Positions 1 through 14,117 of a stretch of 64,000 nucleotides of DNA are shown here, piece after piece; within the stretch, counting starts at the first letter, position 1; the number at the start of each line of letters is the position of its first letter. The translations under genes and the position numbers were made by a program. This DNA comes from Antechinus flavipes (lineage: Eukaryota). The stretch lies in assembly GCF_016432865.1 (NCBI RefSeq), contig NC_067400.1:147436001-147500000 (forward strand), read 5' to 3'. The notes beneath the pieces were generated by a model. That model worked only from the letters and a program-made list of their open reading frames with translations. It was not told the origin of the DNA and did no database searches.

Positions 1-251
1 ACAGTCAGAGAAAGTATCAATAACCATAAGATTTCACAGCCCCNNNNNNNNNNNNNNNNNNNNNNNNNNNNNNNNNNNNNNNNNNNNNNNNNNNNNNNNN
101 NNNNNNNNNNNNNNNNNNNNNNNNNNNNNNNNNNNNNNNNNNNNNNNNNNNNNNNNNNNNNNNNNNNNNNNNNNNNNNNNNNNNNNNNNNNTTTTATTCC
201 TGGTGAAACATTTTAAATAGGAGTGAGGGCAATCACAGAAAGATTGGTCAA

Positions 252-270
252 TACTGCCATCTGGAGGTCA
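252..270 (-). promoter_or_regulatory. Candidate CTCF-binding motif
   Basis: Minus strand reads TGACCTCCAGATGGCAGTA, 16/19 identical to the consensus-type TGGCCACCAGATGGCAGCA. Motif match only. Confidence 0.4.
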
Positions 271-1082
271 GTGCTAAGTCATGTCACCTAAAATACAAAA
301 AAATAAAGTGTATATTCACCCTACCCAGGGCTGCCTCTGGGTCTTTAAGGAAAAACATCACATCCACTATGGTTTCCCTGGCCTTTGTGGGGAAAAGGTG
401 CACTAAAAGGTTGGATGGTGTAGAACTAGATTGTGGTTAAATTAATTTGTATTTAAAGGGTTCTTGACACTCCTTTGTCAGGCTTCATTGTCTTTAAAAG
501 GCGTGCACACTTTCAGAGTACATATGATAGGTGTAATTTATAAATCTCAAAAGTACTGTAAATCAATAAGCAAACTGCCTGCTATTCTGCACTCTGTAAT
601 CTCTGGGTAAATGACTTGATCCATTTTCTTTTACAAAGTGCAGAAAAATATCATGGTAAAAACCAAGTGCAATGACTCAGAGGGAAGAGGAGATATTGGG
701 GTGGTGTTTAATCTCTAATATAGACAACAGAATTTGAGATGCCACAGGTCGGGTTGCAGTTGCCCACTTTGATTTTGCTGAGGTTTTAACTAGAGCAGTA
801 ACTACCTCCCATAGAATTGAGCTTTGAGCATATCTTGCATTTGATTTAATCTTCATTCTTTCAAGGTTCATTTTGATAAGAGAGTTAAAGATGTAGCATT
901 TTCCTACTTCTTTTTTTCTTCCCAAAATTCTAAAGGTAAAACTACATGCCTCAATGACTCATTCTTAGGACTATTCAGGAAATCATCATTAGGGAAGAAT
1001 CAGCAACGTGGTATAGTTGAAAGAGTACTGGACTTGGTTTGAATTCAGTTCTTCAACTCAGTATCTCTGAGACCTTAGAATT

Positions 1083-1270
1083 CAGGGGTCCTCAAACTAT
1101 GGCCGCAGTCCAGATGCAGCAGCTGAGGACATTTATCCCCCTCACCCAGGGCTATGAAGTTTCTTTATTTAAAGGCTCACAAAACAGTTTTTGTTTTTAC
1201 TATATCTGGTCCTCCAACAGTCTGAGGGAGAGTGAACTGGCCCCCTATTTAAAAAGTTTGAAGACCCCTG
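1083..1270. mobile_element. Non-autonomous hAT (OC1/OposCharlie1-like) MITE, copy 1
   Basis: Terminal inverted repeats CAGGGGTCCTCAAACT / AGTTTGAAGACCCCTG, 188 bp, roughly 90% identical by eye to the reverse complement of 14598-14785. Confidence 0.85.
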
Positions 1271-1394
1271 CAAAAACTCTCTTCTCTAATCCTCAATTAT
1301 CTAAACTGTAAAATGAAGAACTAGGGCAAGGTAACCTCCAGAATCCTACTTCTATGTGGAGGGAATGTAATATAAAGGAAGGCATGCAAAATGT

Positions 1395-1542
1395 GAAATC
1401 ATATGATCTGAATTTAAATCTTACCTCTGCTATTTAATACCTTTTTATCTTAAGCAAATCATTTCTCTGAGCCTCAGTTTCCTCAGCGATAAAGTAAATG
1501 ATTAAGTTACCTTCAAGGTTCCTTCCAGATTTAAATACTATG
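1395..1542 (+). mobile_element. MIR-family CORE-SINE fragment (one of many in the window)
   Basis: Core ...tctctgagcctcagtttcctc... and tail ...aaggttccttccagatttaaa. Confidence 0.7.
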
Positions 1543-4064
1543 TTCTCATAATGATCTTATGATCACCACTGAATTCCATGAGGCAGGGTGATTGTGTTTG
1601 CTCTGATCTCTTTTGCTCTGAAGTCTTTTTTTTTAACCACTTTTAAAAATGTTTTTATTATCCTACCCTCACTAAAGGCAAATGGCCTAACACCCCTAAC
1701 TCTTATAATGGCTCCATTGCTTGCAGGATCCATTTTGATTCTCAAACGGATAGCTTTAAAGATGAACTTCACACTAGTGTGTCAGATGGACCCAGTAATA
1801 TAGTGAAGTAAAAAGAGTAAATGAATCTCCCTCATTGGTGGTCCCCATGAGGTAAATTAGCTCTTCAAGGTAACCAGATGGTCTCCCTGGAAAAGGTAAT
1901 TTACCTCATGGGGTAAGAACTTTATATCCAAGAAAGAGTGTGTTTTATTCACCCTAAGTCATCTGTCCCTGTGGTGATGTTGGTACTTCTTATGAACGTT
2001 CACCTCAGTGTGCCTTAACAACATATTAACTTACTAATTCTTACTAAACTCCTGAGAAGATGTTGTCCTAAAAATTTTATCCCAATTTTACAAGTGGAGA
2101 AACTGAGTTGCAAAAAAGGGCTGCTCAGTTTCCCAAAGTTCCATTAGCCAATAGAAGTAAATCTATATAAGTATTCTAAAGCTCACTCCCCAAAGTGGAT
2201 TAGTCTACCCCACAATCATGTTTCATTTCAAAGGGATCTATAATCTGCATGGAAACACTAACCACAAGAGGTCATTTTTAAAAATTATGCAAAATTTTAA
2301 ATTACACCTTTTTGTTCATCTAAGACATCGTCCCTTGGATTGCCCTTGTCTTTTTTTCATAATTCATAAGCCATATGTTTAAATAGCTTGAAATTGAATG
2401 CATGTTTATTTGTTTTTTTAAAAAAATCCTTTGATGGAAATTCCTGTGATTTAGGTTTCTAGTTTGACACTTTACAGTTGTCCCTGGTTATTCCCAGGGC
2501 CACATCACTGACAATTAAAATTTAACCAATATCCAGTAAAACTCACAAAAGAAAAGAATGTCATGTGTTACAATAAATATAACCTGATAGATGCGTATAA
2601 TATCGTTTGTTATGCACAATACAATATAGCTCTACACTGCAAAGAATAAATCAAATTATATGTGTCTAAAAGAGATTCATTTACTTTTTGTTGCCTGTTC
2701 CATAAAAGATTTAGGGCAGCCTGTCTCTGTCCTAAATGGCTTCAGAATTCAGATAAATTTGATCTTTCCCTACCAATCACTGAATGTCTTCTCAAGCTGT
2801 ATCTGATCATATTCATACATGTATGTGTTATGTTCCTGTGGATATGCCAGAAGTTGTACAGGATGTTGTTTCTGGTATTTTAGTTAGAAAGACTAACCCA
2901 TTTCAGTTATACCTTTCTCTAGGATTACAAAAATTCCCTGGCCCTCCTTTTAAATTGAACCATAGGATATCTATAGTGACCATAAAACAGATTAGACTAC
3001 ATAAATAGAGCAAAGTTGTGGAAGAATAGATGGTGTAGAACAGGGTCCATTTATCCAGTTAATCTATTTCTCTCTTATTTTTAAAAGGTAAAATCCTGAA
3101 TACTGGTATTAAAATGTCTATGAATTTCTAAAATATTCAAGAAGGTCTAATTTACAATATAAAATTCTACCCTGGTATTTCATTCTCTCTCTTTTTTTAA
3201 TTAACAGGTATACTTGTGATATCCTAGGTTTCATTCCCTACAGCTGAAATTTCAATATTTTAGGCATAACCTAAGGTGTTTAAGTACTTGGAAAAACCCC
3301 TGCATTCTGTCTGTCAATCACAGATGCAAATATAGAATATGTATGGTTTTTTTCTGAGTACTGTAAAAGTTTCTATGGAGGGGTTATTCTTTTCACAGAG
3401 TAGTGAGTAAAGATTTGGAATGTTATTCCAATGATGTGAGAATTCAGAAGAACAAGCTTTTTGACACCAGCAAAATTGAGCTATTAACTTTATAAGCTAC
3501 CTCAGGCAGTTTCGAGCACTTGGGGGTACAGGTTAGAGATGATACTGCAAGGTTACTCCCATGGTGTGCTATTAGCTGTAGCTAGAAGTTGGAGAGAAGA
3601 GGGAGAAAGCTTCTTTCCAAATCGCACGGCAATTCCAAAAGAACTATTATGAGAAAAGCACTTTAAGCCTTTAAAGCACTATACAAATGTGAGCGATGAG
3701 GATGAGGGTGATTTGTAGTTGAGGTCATTTTATAAAAATACCTGAACTACTTCAGCGTACCTTATTAAAAGATTAGAACAAGATTCCTTCTTTTACTTGG
3801 AGTAGCTTCTAGGTTTTTCCTATTAATCATTACAGAGGTGGCATATGTCGTGACCTAATTTAGAACTAGTATTTGCAGACTAGAATGACAATTCACAGCG
3901 TGCAAGATACTCAGGTTGCTGTTTCCTACTTCTGTGCGTTTAATGTTATTCCCCAGGTAGATTATTCTCCCCCTGTGAGTGCTACTGTTTCCCTCTCCTT
4001 CTTAAAAACTCAGATGAAAATTGACCTCCAGGAAGCCATTCCTCATTAGCACCAATTATTTTCT

Positions 4065-4335
4065 TTTTAAAAGTTTTTTTTTAACTTTTTTTAATTAATA
4101 AGCATTTATTTTCTCTCCCTGCTACCATTTTAAAAAAAAGAAAAAGAAAATCTTTATAATAAATGTGTATAGTCTAGCAAAACAAATCCCCATTTTAGCT
4201 ATGGGGAAAAATGTATATCTCATTCTGCATCTTGAATCCATCACCTCTCTGTTCAGAAATAGGGCACATGCATCATCATTAGTCCCCTAGAGTCGTGGTT
4301 CATCATTGCATTAAAGTCTTTACAAAGTTGGGATA
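4065..4335 (-). mobile_element. Old marsupial L1 3' end fragment
   Basis: Motifs tagtctagcaaaacaaatcccc...tctcattctgcatcttgaatccatcacctctctg are typical of antisense marsupial L1 3' UTRs. Confidence 0.65.
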
Positions 4336-4361
4336 TGAATAGAATTAGGAAAACCATTTAT

Positions 4362-4590
4362 GTTTGTTCTTGTTCAGTCATTTCATTCATGTCCAATTCT
4401 TTATGACTCCACTTGGGTTTTCTTGGCAAAGATACTGTAGTGGTTTGCCATTTCCTTCTCCAGCTCATTTTATATGAGGAAACTAAGGCAAACAGGGTTA
4501 AGTGACTTGCTCAGGGTCACAAACTAGTAAATGTCTGAAGTCAAATTTGAATTTCATTATTCCTGACTCCTGTACCACCTTTCTGCCCAG
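4362..4590 (-). mobile_element. MAR1-like CORE-SINE
   Basis: Antisense RTE-type tail (ttcttggcaaagatactgtagtggtttgccatttccttctccagctcatttt) plus CORE (gaggaaactaaggc...aagtgacttgctcagggtcac). Confidence 0.8.
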
Positions 4591-5279
4591 AACCATTTAT
4601 ACAATAGCCTAACTACTTCTAGACCTTCCTCTATGCTATACCCTTTTTCACTAAGCAACTTAAATTGTACGTTGTACACAACATAGTAGGTTCTATAGCA
4701 TGTAGCACAATAATTTCATCAGATCATGGCTCAACACTGAGAGAGAGTATGACATTGTATAAAAGGTATCAAATTCAATGCTAGAAAAATCTGCCTTCTC
4801 ATTTTGGTTCTATGGGAGAAAGATCATTAACTCTAGAGCCAAAGGACAGGAATTCAAATTCATCTGACACCATCTGTAGAACCTTGGTCAAGATATTTAA
4901 TCTTGCTAAGTTTCATTTCCTTCAAATGCAAGATGATGATTTTGTACTAAATGACCTCTGAGGTCCTTTTCAGCTTTAAATAGATATCCTAAGAACTTTA
5001 AAATGGAGATAATGGTCAAGAAAAATTTTAAAGTGCCTACCTTGTGTAATATGTAAATTAATTTTTATTGTTCTGTTTCCTTGGCTGCTTTGTGTATTCA
5101 TTCTCATTAACTAAACCTCTAGCTCTTTGAAGATAAGGACCTTCTCATTTCGATGTTTTATTTTGCAAAAACAATAACCTTAGTATGATTTACATACTAA
5201 TAATTTTCCCCATTCACTTTCCAAATAAGTCATAAATATTTGTCTACTAAGTTTTTTTTTTTAAGCCTAAATATGTTCT

Positions 5280-5810
5280 GTGATTTAACAACCAGAAAAG
5301 TCAAATATGCTCTTGGACTGCATTAAGAAATGCAGAACTTTCAGAAATAAGAATATGTCACTTTTGAGCTGGACTCTATCCTACTCAGACCACATCTGGC
5401 TAATCATGTTAAATTTTGGTTACCACCACTTAAGAAGGATTCAGATAAGTGAAAGGATATATATGACCAGAAAAAGTGAAGGTCCGTGAGTCTATGAAAT
5501 ATTGTTTGAAGGAACTGGAGTTTATTCTGGAGAAGTCCTAGGAGAGAAATGAGCTATTTTCTAGAATTTGAGAGGGTATCATGTAGAAGAGGAAGTAAGA
5601 TTGGTCTTCTTGGCCCCATGACTAGAATTAAGAGCAACAGGTAAAAGTTAAAAAAAAAAAAAAAAAAACAAATATAGATGATGTCAGGAAAATTTCCCTT
5701 GCAATATTACTATCCCAAAGTGGAGTGAACTGTCTCAACTGGGATGTTTCCACATCAGTAAAAGTCCTCAGAGTTTGGTTGATTTTTTTTGTTAGATATG
5801 TTGTAGTGAG
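5280..5810 (+). mobile_element. L3/CR1 LINE 3' fragment
   Basis: Degenerate translation ...ILLRPHLANHVKFWLPPLKKD resembles CR1 RT C-terminus ([21 protein letters not shown]). Confidence 0.7.
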
Positions 5811-5904
5811 GGTAATTATTCAGATTTGAGATGGTATTTAATTCATCTTGAAGGATAGAAATAAGACCAGGAGGCAGAGATGAAAGAACAATATCCCAGA
5901 GAAA

Positions 5905-6120
5905 GGAAATAGCATGGAATAGAGTGCTGGGCTTGAAGTCAGGAAGACTCTTCCTCCTGCATTTAAATCTGATTCAGACACTTACTAGCTGAGCAAGACA
6001 GTTTAACCCATTTTCCTTAGTTCCTCATCTTTAATATGAGCTGGAAAAGTAAGTGATAAAATACTCCAGTTGCCAAGAAAACTCCAAATGAAATCAAGAA
6101 GAATCAGCTATAACTGGAAG
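5905..6120 (+). mobile_element. MAR1-like CORE-SINE
   Basis: tRNA-like head (gggcttgaagtcaggaagact), CORE, and tail ccaagaaaactccaaatg. Confidence 0.7.
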
Positions 6121-6129
6121 AAAAAAAAA

Positions 6130-6730
6130 AAAAAAAAAACAACCCAATTAACAACCATATGTAGAAAGACCCTGACTTATAGGCTAAGAAATTTGAACTT
6201 TATTTGGTATTTATTAAGGGGATCCTGAAAAATTTTGAAGAACAATATAACTCATATCTATGCACAAATAAAATTAGTATTATTCTGACAAAATGTAAAA
6301 AATTAATTTGGAGATAGAAGAGACAGCAAGACTCATAAGCTTATTACTAAGTTGTGGTGGGTCATAATAGAAACTAGTCCTAAGGAGGTAGCTACAGGAT
6401 TAGATAAGAAGAAATAGATAGAATAAAGAATGAGAAGAGAGAAATAGTATTATTTTTCAGTTGATTGAATGTGTGAAATCACACAGTATAATATCTCTCT
6501 AGCATGCCAGCTAGCTGCCAATAATAGTTGCCAAAAGAAAAAGTATAGTGAGAAAGGAAAAGAGGACTGAGAACAAAACCTTGATGGACACTTATTAAGG
6601 AATGAGAAAGAGGAAAGGAAAAAAAGAAATGAAAAGTAAAACCAAATATGATGTCTTAGAAACCAAGTCAGAAGAGTGTATGCGGGAAGAAATAATCAAC
6701 AAGGTTGAAAACTGCAGAGGTTCTTTTAAA
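6130..6730 (-). mobile_element. L2 LINE fragment
   Basis: Purine-rich antisense L2 pattern ending ...aatcaacaaggttgaaaactgcagagg. Confidence 0.55.
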
Positions 6731-9700
6731 TATATTAAAGAGTAGGTCATTTGGTATAGGAAATTTTCCAAGCTAAAAATTCATGAATTACACTGAATAA
6801 CTCCAGATTCCCAGGCCTTGTAGCCAGTAGGCCAAGTTCCTAACCTTCATTTGCCTTTGACATATTCCCTTAGTACAGATGTAACAGAGAAGAAATAAAA
6901 TATTTAGGGCAAACAATACAGATATGTTGGAAATATCTGATTAATTTAGACCTGGCCAGAAGATCTTTTATAATCATTACATACTGGGGATCTTGTCTCT
7001 GTGCTTGATTCTTAATTCCTTGAAAACAATAACCAGATAATTGATCTTTATATTAGTGCCTAATAATCATAATAGCTAGCACTTATCATATGCCAGGTAC
7101 TGTGCTGAGCCCTTTACAATTATCTCATTTAATCCTCACAGCAGTTTTGAAATATAGATCTTCTTATAAACCTCCATTTTACAGATGAGAAAACTGCTTA
7201 GGACCCAAAGGTACTCACCAAGTGCTTGTTGAATGAATATGTCAGTTAGTATCATGAAAACATTACTAATAACATTTTTGACCAGAACAATGATCTTCAT
7301 ATCCAATTCTATATAAGATTTTATGGTAGAGCCTGATATCTGTTTCTGAATTTTAGAGAAGTAAAAACCCATTATGAATTTGTCATTCATATACTTATCT
7401 ACCCCTACTATCTGACCCTGGTCAAGCCATTTAATCTCTTTTTGACCTTATTTTCTCATCTATAAAATGAGAACGTTGCAGTATGTGGACTGAAAGGTCT
7501 CTTCCTGTTATAAATCTGGGATCCCATAAACCTATTGTCTAAACTCAGATTCTCAACTGCTTGGAGTAAATATTTCTAAAAATACAGCAATTACAAAGTA
7601 ATACTGAACTAGGCTTAGTCAATAAGGATTCATTAAGAACTGAAGATACAAGTGAGGCAGTCCCTACCCTCAGGGAGATTATACTTTAGGAGGAAAGAGT
7701 GAGAGTACAACACACTTATAGATAAATAAATATAGAACATATACAAATCAATATGAAGAGGAAGGGGACATGAGAGGATTACAACTGGAGGATTCAGGAA
7801 GCATCTCTTGAAGGAAATGGTTGGGATTAGGAGAGATCTTCTTACTCTCACCATACATTTTCTGGTGGACTTTTAATACAATTACCAGCCTGAGGATCAA
7901 ATGATATAAATCTATTGAGTATTCTCAGTTCATGAGATTATAGATTGAAAATTGAATGAATCTTAAAAGTCATTTAATTCAGCACTTTCACTTAAAAAAA
8001 ATTTTCCCCCTTGCATGTTAAAACAATTTTTAGCTTTTTTTTGTTTTGTTTTGCATTCCAAATTCTCTTTCTTCCCCCTTCCCTGAGATGGTAAGCAATC
8101 TGATATAGGTTATACATGTGAAGAAAACTGAGTTCTAAAGAGAAGACATAATTTGCCCAAATAAGCATCACAGTTGGAACTTGAAGGAAAATCCTGTGAC
8201 CCTTGAACTTCACCATGCTATCTTAATGAGTATAAACCTAAAGGACTGACCAGATTTTTTTTAATCTTCTGCCAAAAGCTAACCTGAACAGTATGAGATC
8301 AGTTTCTTGTGGTCCCTCCTCATTTAAGGAGCAATGTCTTTCTATAAAGAAACCCTTTCTGAGTCATGCCTTTAATGGATTTATCTTGTCTGGAAACTCC
8401 AAACTTGAAATGACTCTTCCATTTAAACTTTTCCATCCCATTTTTCCTCCCTGGAGAAAATCAAGAAGACTAATCATTATCCTTTTCTTAATTTTCAGAG
8501 ATTGTGTTACTTCCTGATGAATTTCTTCTTTTTTCCTACAAAACACATATGTGCATGTCCTCTGGAAGTAATACTGACAACACTCAAGAGACAAATACAG
8601 TCAGGCAGAAATAGATCATTTTTACTAAGCAGATTGACTCTATGAAAGAGCGTCATGATGATATGCATTATTAATTTAGAATGTGGGGGTAGTTTCACCT
8701 TTAGCTTAATAGAGGTCCCTGATTATTATCTGTGCTTAAAAAAAAAAAAAAAAAACCTCAGTTTGAAAGTAACAAAGGTTATTTCCTAGAATTCTGAAAC
8801 TCTCTTCTAAGTCATAATAAGGAATTCCTTAAAAGAAAATGTACTTCTGCTAAGTATATTTATTTTGTTTCTCTATCACCTCCAAACCCCTTTAAAGCCC
8901 TGAACCACATCTGGAGTTCCATAATATGGAAAAATAACACTGAGGACTTAGACTTCAGAAAGTTTAGAGTAAAGAAAGTGCTCAATAAACCTTTGGGGAG
9001 AACTGAATTTGAGCTAGATGGCGGCCTATGGGATGGACATGGCAGTGTATAAGACTTAGCTCTTAAAAAGTCACAAGCTTTCCCACCAGCAGTCTCCCAT
9101 GTTTGAACTATACTCTCCCTCCCTTCTCCCTTTTAATTTACCCAGCTTTCTTCAAAGCCCAACTCAAATACCATATCTTACATAAGCCCTTTCCAAATCC
9201 CTCATCCCCCATTTAGCAGCTAGTAACTCCCCCTCAATTTTTTTATATTTACTTTGCATATATTTTGTATATCCATGTGTATATGTTGATACCTAATAAA
9301 AATTAAAAATCTTTGAGGGTGGTGACTTTTAATTACCTTTGATTTTTTTTATTTTTTTTCTCTAATAGTTATGTGTGTACTTGTTGTCCACAATATAATG
9401 TAAGTTCCTTGAGCATAGGAATTAATTATTGTCTTTACAATACCCCTCACCTAAGACAGAGTAGGTACCTGCAACATAATAAATACCAAAATAAATACTT
9501 GTTAATTGATTAATAAAAATAGCAGCATTTGATATGTTGCTCAACTTTCAATGTTCTATTCCTGACCCTCTAAAATGAATTTTTAAAATTCCAAATAGAC
9601 ACATTAACAAGTCTTGATTTGTCCAAGAATGGGACGTTTTAGCTGCTGATGGAATTCAGAGAATTGAACTGAATAAGCTGATGTTCTATGAGAAGAGAGC

Positions 9701-12700
9701 TTTCTGAACTAGAAGGAGATTAATATCTCAGGACCTAGATCTTAGAGCTCTCAAGTCATGAAGAGTATATAATAGAGTAAATTGAAAGTTATCTCTAACT
9801 CAATTAAATACAGCAGAAGAATCCACAAGGAAGATTTAAGATCTTTATTTTTATATTCATTCCAAAACTAACAAAAGATCTGCCATCTTATAAAATATTT
9901 ACATTGTTTCTGTTTCAATATATTATTTACTGTAAAGCTCATAAAATATTTACAATCATTTTTCTAAAGATGGTATATATATGCATATACATACATATAT
10001 ATGTATATATATAATTTACATTTTGTTCTATTATTTGTTCAGACAGGCCAAATAGCCTTGTTGTAGTCCTTATGAAATCATGAACAAACAAGCCACTAGA
10101 GGCAGATTCCCCAGTTCTAGGGATATATATGTTCAAGAGAGTCCATGTTATAGTTCAGGGTATAATTCAGGTTAGATCTAAATGTGGCCACTTAATAATG
10201 GCAGAACAGGAGGTGACAATGAGGAGGACTTAGATGGGCTTTGGATCACAAGTAAAGTGATGTGCAACTATGAGCTAAATCTTTTGGAGAAAAGATTCTA
10301 ACATGGGCTATAAAAGGATCTAGTTTCTCTATAGCAATAACTGAGTAATCTAGAAATCAGAATTCGAAAGTATTCCCCATGTGAAAACAAAGGAAAACTA
10401 CTTTAAAATATGCCTTCTTTTAATTCTTCCATTTTTCATTGGTCACACTATGATTTGGTGCTGGTGTTATTTTTCTTATTGTTTCTGGGCTAAATGGATG
10501 AAGCACTTATTAAGCATTTGCTATGTGCCAAGAACTGTACTAAGCTCTGGGTATAAAATGACAAAAATGAAGATATTCTCTTTCCTCAAACTACTTATAT
10601 TCTAAAGGGGAGAAAGTAGAGAGGAATACTTTGATTTGGAAAATTAAAGAGATATTATGGAATCATAGAGGAATAGATTGATCATCTTTCCAGTAATACT
10701 GGATTTGATTAGCCTTCCAGAAATAAAAGGGAGAAAGCAGGGAGAGTATGTCATATCCATAGAAACTAACTATTGATGTGATATGACTTTAATACTATAT
10801 TATATAAACACATATATGTTACCTACACATATATGTTTATATACATACCTACACACATGTTCAAGATGTCTCCGAAATTTTAGTATGATTATAAGTTTTA
10901 ATTACTTAAATCTCGGGTCAGTCTCTGGAACACTATACATATACACACATACAGATATACATACATATATATACAGATATACATACATATATATACAGAT
11001 ATTTATATACCTATAAAACGGATGTTCCTAAGATTTGCAAAATATCTTATATACAATGAACCTGTCAGGCAAGTAGTGCAAGTATCAGTATCCTCATTTT
11101 ACAGATAAAGAAAATTGAAGCCAGGAAAGGATAAGTGAGTTGTCTAATGTCACATAGCTAGTAAATGCAGAACTGAAACTTATAATCTTGGTAATCCAGT
11201 GGTCCCATCAAGACCACTGTACTTGACATGTACTTGAGCATACAGAGAAACAGAATCATAAGCAAAATGTAAGGGACATTATATCAAAACAATGGTCCTT
11301 GAACTCTTCTTTTTTCAGGATAAAATCTAATTCATGATCCCCTCTTCTCCACAAGAGAGAGACTGAAGAGACATCATTCAACAGAGAACCTGAAATTGTT
11401 GTCTTTGAAAGGAACACAAATTTCCTTAAAAAACAAAAAAAAAACTATTTTAGTCATTTATTTTTCCATTTATTCAACTGATATTAATTGGATGCTGTTA
11501 AATATAGGTCATTGTTGGCAAGCATTTTGAAGGATACACAGCTGGACACAAGACCCAAAACACAATCTCATTCCCCAAAATGCTTGCAACTCAGCAAGGG
11601 AGATGAGAACAGAAACAAATATCCATGATGCAGAGCAGTAGAGGTAAAGTGCCATAGGAGAGCCATAAACTAAGTACAGAGGAGGAAAAAATAAATAGTA
11701 TTAGATTTAAATAAGCAAAGAAGGGAAGAAAGGTATTCCTGGTGGAGGAAACAGTATTAGCAATGAATGGAAGTAGAAAATGCAATTTGTGTTTAGGGAA
11801 TAGTATTTCTCTTTGAAATGATTCAAGTGTTCCATTAACTTAATAGAGTCAGACAAAACTAATAATAATGATAATTTATATGCATTTTAAGATTTATAAA
11901 ATACTTTATACATATTATTTCATTTGATCCTCTCAGTAACCATGTGATACGTGTTTAACCTATATCAGATTATTTTTTGTCTTGGAGAAAGGGGGAAGAA
12001 GGAGAAAAATTTGGAATACAAGGTGAACTAGTACAGTTATAAATTTTAATTACTTAAAACTCTGGTCAGTCAGATTAGAAAACTCTCATTGCATGTGTTT
12101 GGAAAAATAAAATACCATCAAAAATAATAGTGTGATGTAGGTACTGTTGTTATCCCCGTTTTTATGATGAAGAAGTTTAGGTTCACAGAAGTGAAACATC
12201 TTACTTAGGATGACACATTTTATTGTCTAGGGCTTGATTCAAACTTATCTTCCTCACTCCAAGATTGACATTCTATCTACCACACTGTCTATCTAGCTAA
12301 AGAAAGGCATTTGAATCAGATTGTGGAGGACATTAAATGACATTCTAAAGATTTTGGACTTTATTTGGTATGAAATACTATATTTCATAACATCTCTCAT
12401 GGCACAGAGCTCAGCATCCATAACATTGGAAAGATCCAATATATAATAATCTTCCATTATCCCAACCCTTAGGGAATTAAGTATTCCTTTGAAGAAAATT
12501 TTCTCAATAAGTACCATTAAAAACAGAATATGCTAAGCAATTTAGCAAATCTCACAATGAAGGACAATTCCTTAATGAATTCAGTCAGCAAGTCACAGAG
12601 CAAAATATTCTTAAGCATCTATTATGTGTGAGGCACCATGCTAGGTACTAGCATCATTTATTTTACTATTCTGCTGTAAAGTGATGTGTTCAGACACTAC

Positions 12701-13429
12701 TGAGACATGTAGGACTGTTTATCCGAGTGCTAAAAGTTGCCAAAGTGCTATGTTTTATAGCTCTTCTCTCCATGTTTTATAGTTCTCCTGTCTCCTCCCT
12801 CTGTGTCAACTGTCACATCTTGCTATTGTCATGTCTCTTTTTCTAAATTGCTTCCTCCTTCTTTGCACGATTCTAAGTCAGTAGGCCTAAGGTTACAAAA
12901 TAAAGCAGTGGACTTTTGACAGGGATTTTGCTCAAGCTAAGGCTTTAAAAAAAAATCATTACTATAGTTGAATTTCTTTTACATAAATGATTTTGCAGTC
13001 ACACAATTGTGAACTTTGGATAAATCAGGTATTACCTTTTGTCTGAAAACAAATCCATAGCAGAAAATAATTATTTTCAAGGTTTCACAAGATCTATATT
13101 GGTCTCAGATTCTTATTTTACAAACACAAGTTATTCATTAACATTTATAAAAATAATATCCACTGGCATAAGCCAATTTTAAGTATTGGAGGTAATTCCT
13201 ATGACATGAAGTAATAACAATTCTTTTTCTTCTGTCCATTTCATGATCTGACCATGATATCAGTAAAATGATCCTCAGTCCTGTGTAGTCCCCTTCTGTT
13301 TTTACAGTGGTGATGGGAGAAAACTGAAGAAAGCCATAGTGATGATACAGTTTTAAAGTCACTTGCTAACAATGTAATTGTTGTTTTCAGTGAATGACCT
13401 CTAATAATCAATATTAATGGATGTATTTT

Positions 13430-13680
13430 GTTGATGTCATTGTGTCATTTCAGTGGTAGCTGATTTTTTGTGACCCAATTTAGGGTTTTCTTAGAAAGAT
13501 ACTAGAAGGATTTGCCATTTCTCTCTCCAATTTGTTTTACAGATGAGGAAACTGAAGAAAACCAAGTTAAGTAATTTGTCCAGGGTAACACTAGCTAATA
13601 AATGTTTGAGGTTGATTGTTTGAGGTAGATGAGTCTTCCTGATTCCAAGCTGAAAGTTCTACCCACTGATTCACCTAGAT
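13430..13680 (-). mobile_element. MAR1-like CORE-SINE
   Basis: gggttttcttagaaagatactagaaggatttgccatttctctctcc...acagatgaggaaactgaag...gagtcttcctgattccaagc. Confidence 0.75.
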
Positions 13681-14086
13681 TCCCCATGAATATATTAGTG
13701 GAATAATGAACTTTATCCTGTTGGTGTTCTTAACAGCAATGAATGAATGATACCAAAATGAAACAATGGCAAATATTAGGAAAAATAGTGGAAAGAAATG
13801 ACCACCCAAGAGAGGAAAATAAAGGATATGGAAGCATTGATTCCACTGTGTAGTTAAAGGAATCTAAAAAAAATTTCATAAAACAATTGGTCATCTTATT
13901 TTATAAGATAAAGAAGCTTAAAGAACATGGACAATAATCTCCAAATTAAGTCAGTTTATACATTGATTACCTGTGACTTCAGTATGCAAATGAGCACAAG
14001 GGAAGACAGAAAAAAAATGACGTTAGAAAAAAATGTAGTTCTGCATCAAGGAAAAAAAATGTCCCCAAAAATTAGATGTCTACATG

Positions 14087-14114
<28 letters not shown>
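14087..14114. repeat. (CA)14 microsatellite
   Basis: Direct reading. Confidence 0.95.

Positions 14115-14117
<3 letters not shown>

Noticed and set aside
1665-1678. ACCCTCACTAAAGG, a 14-nt match to the T3 phage promoter
   Set aside because: Incomplete, with no adjacent vector sequence; compatible with chance.
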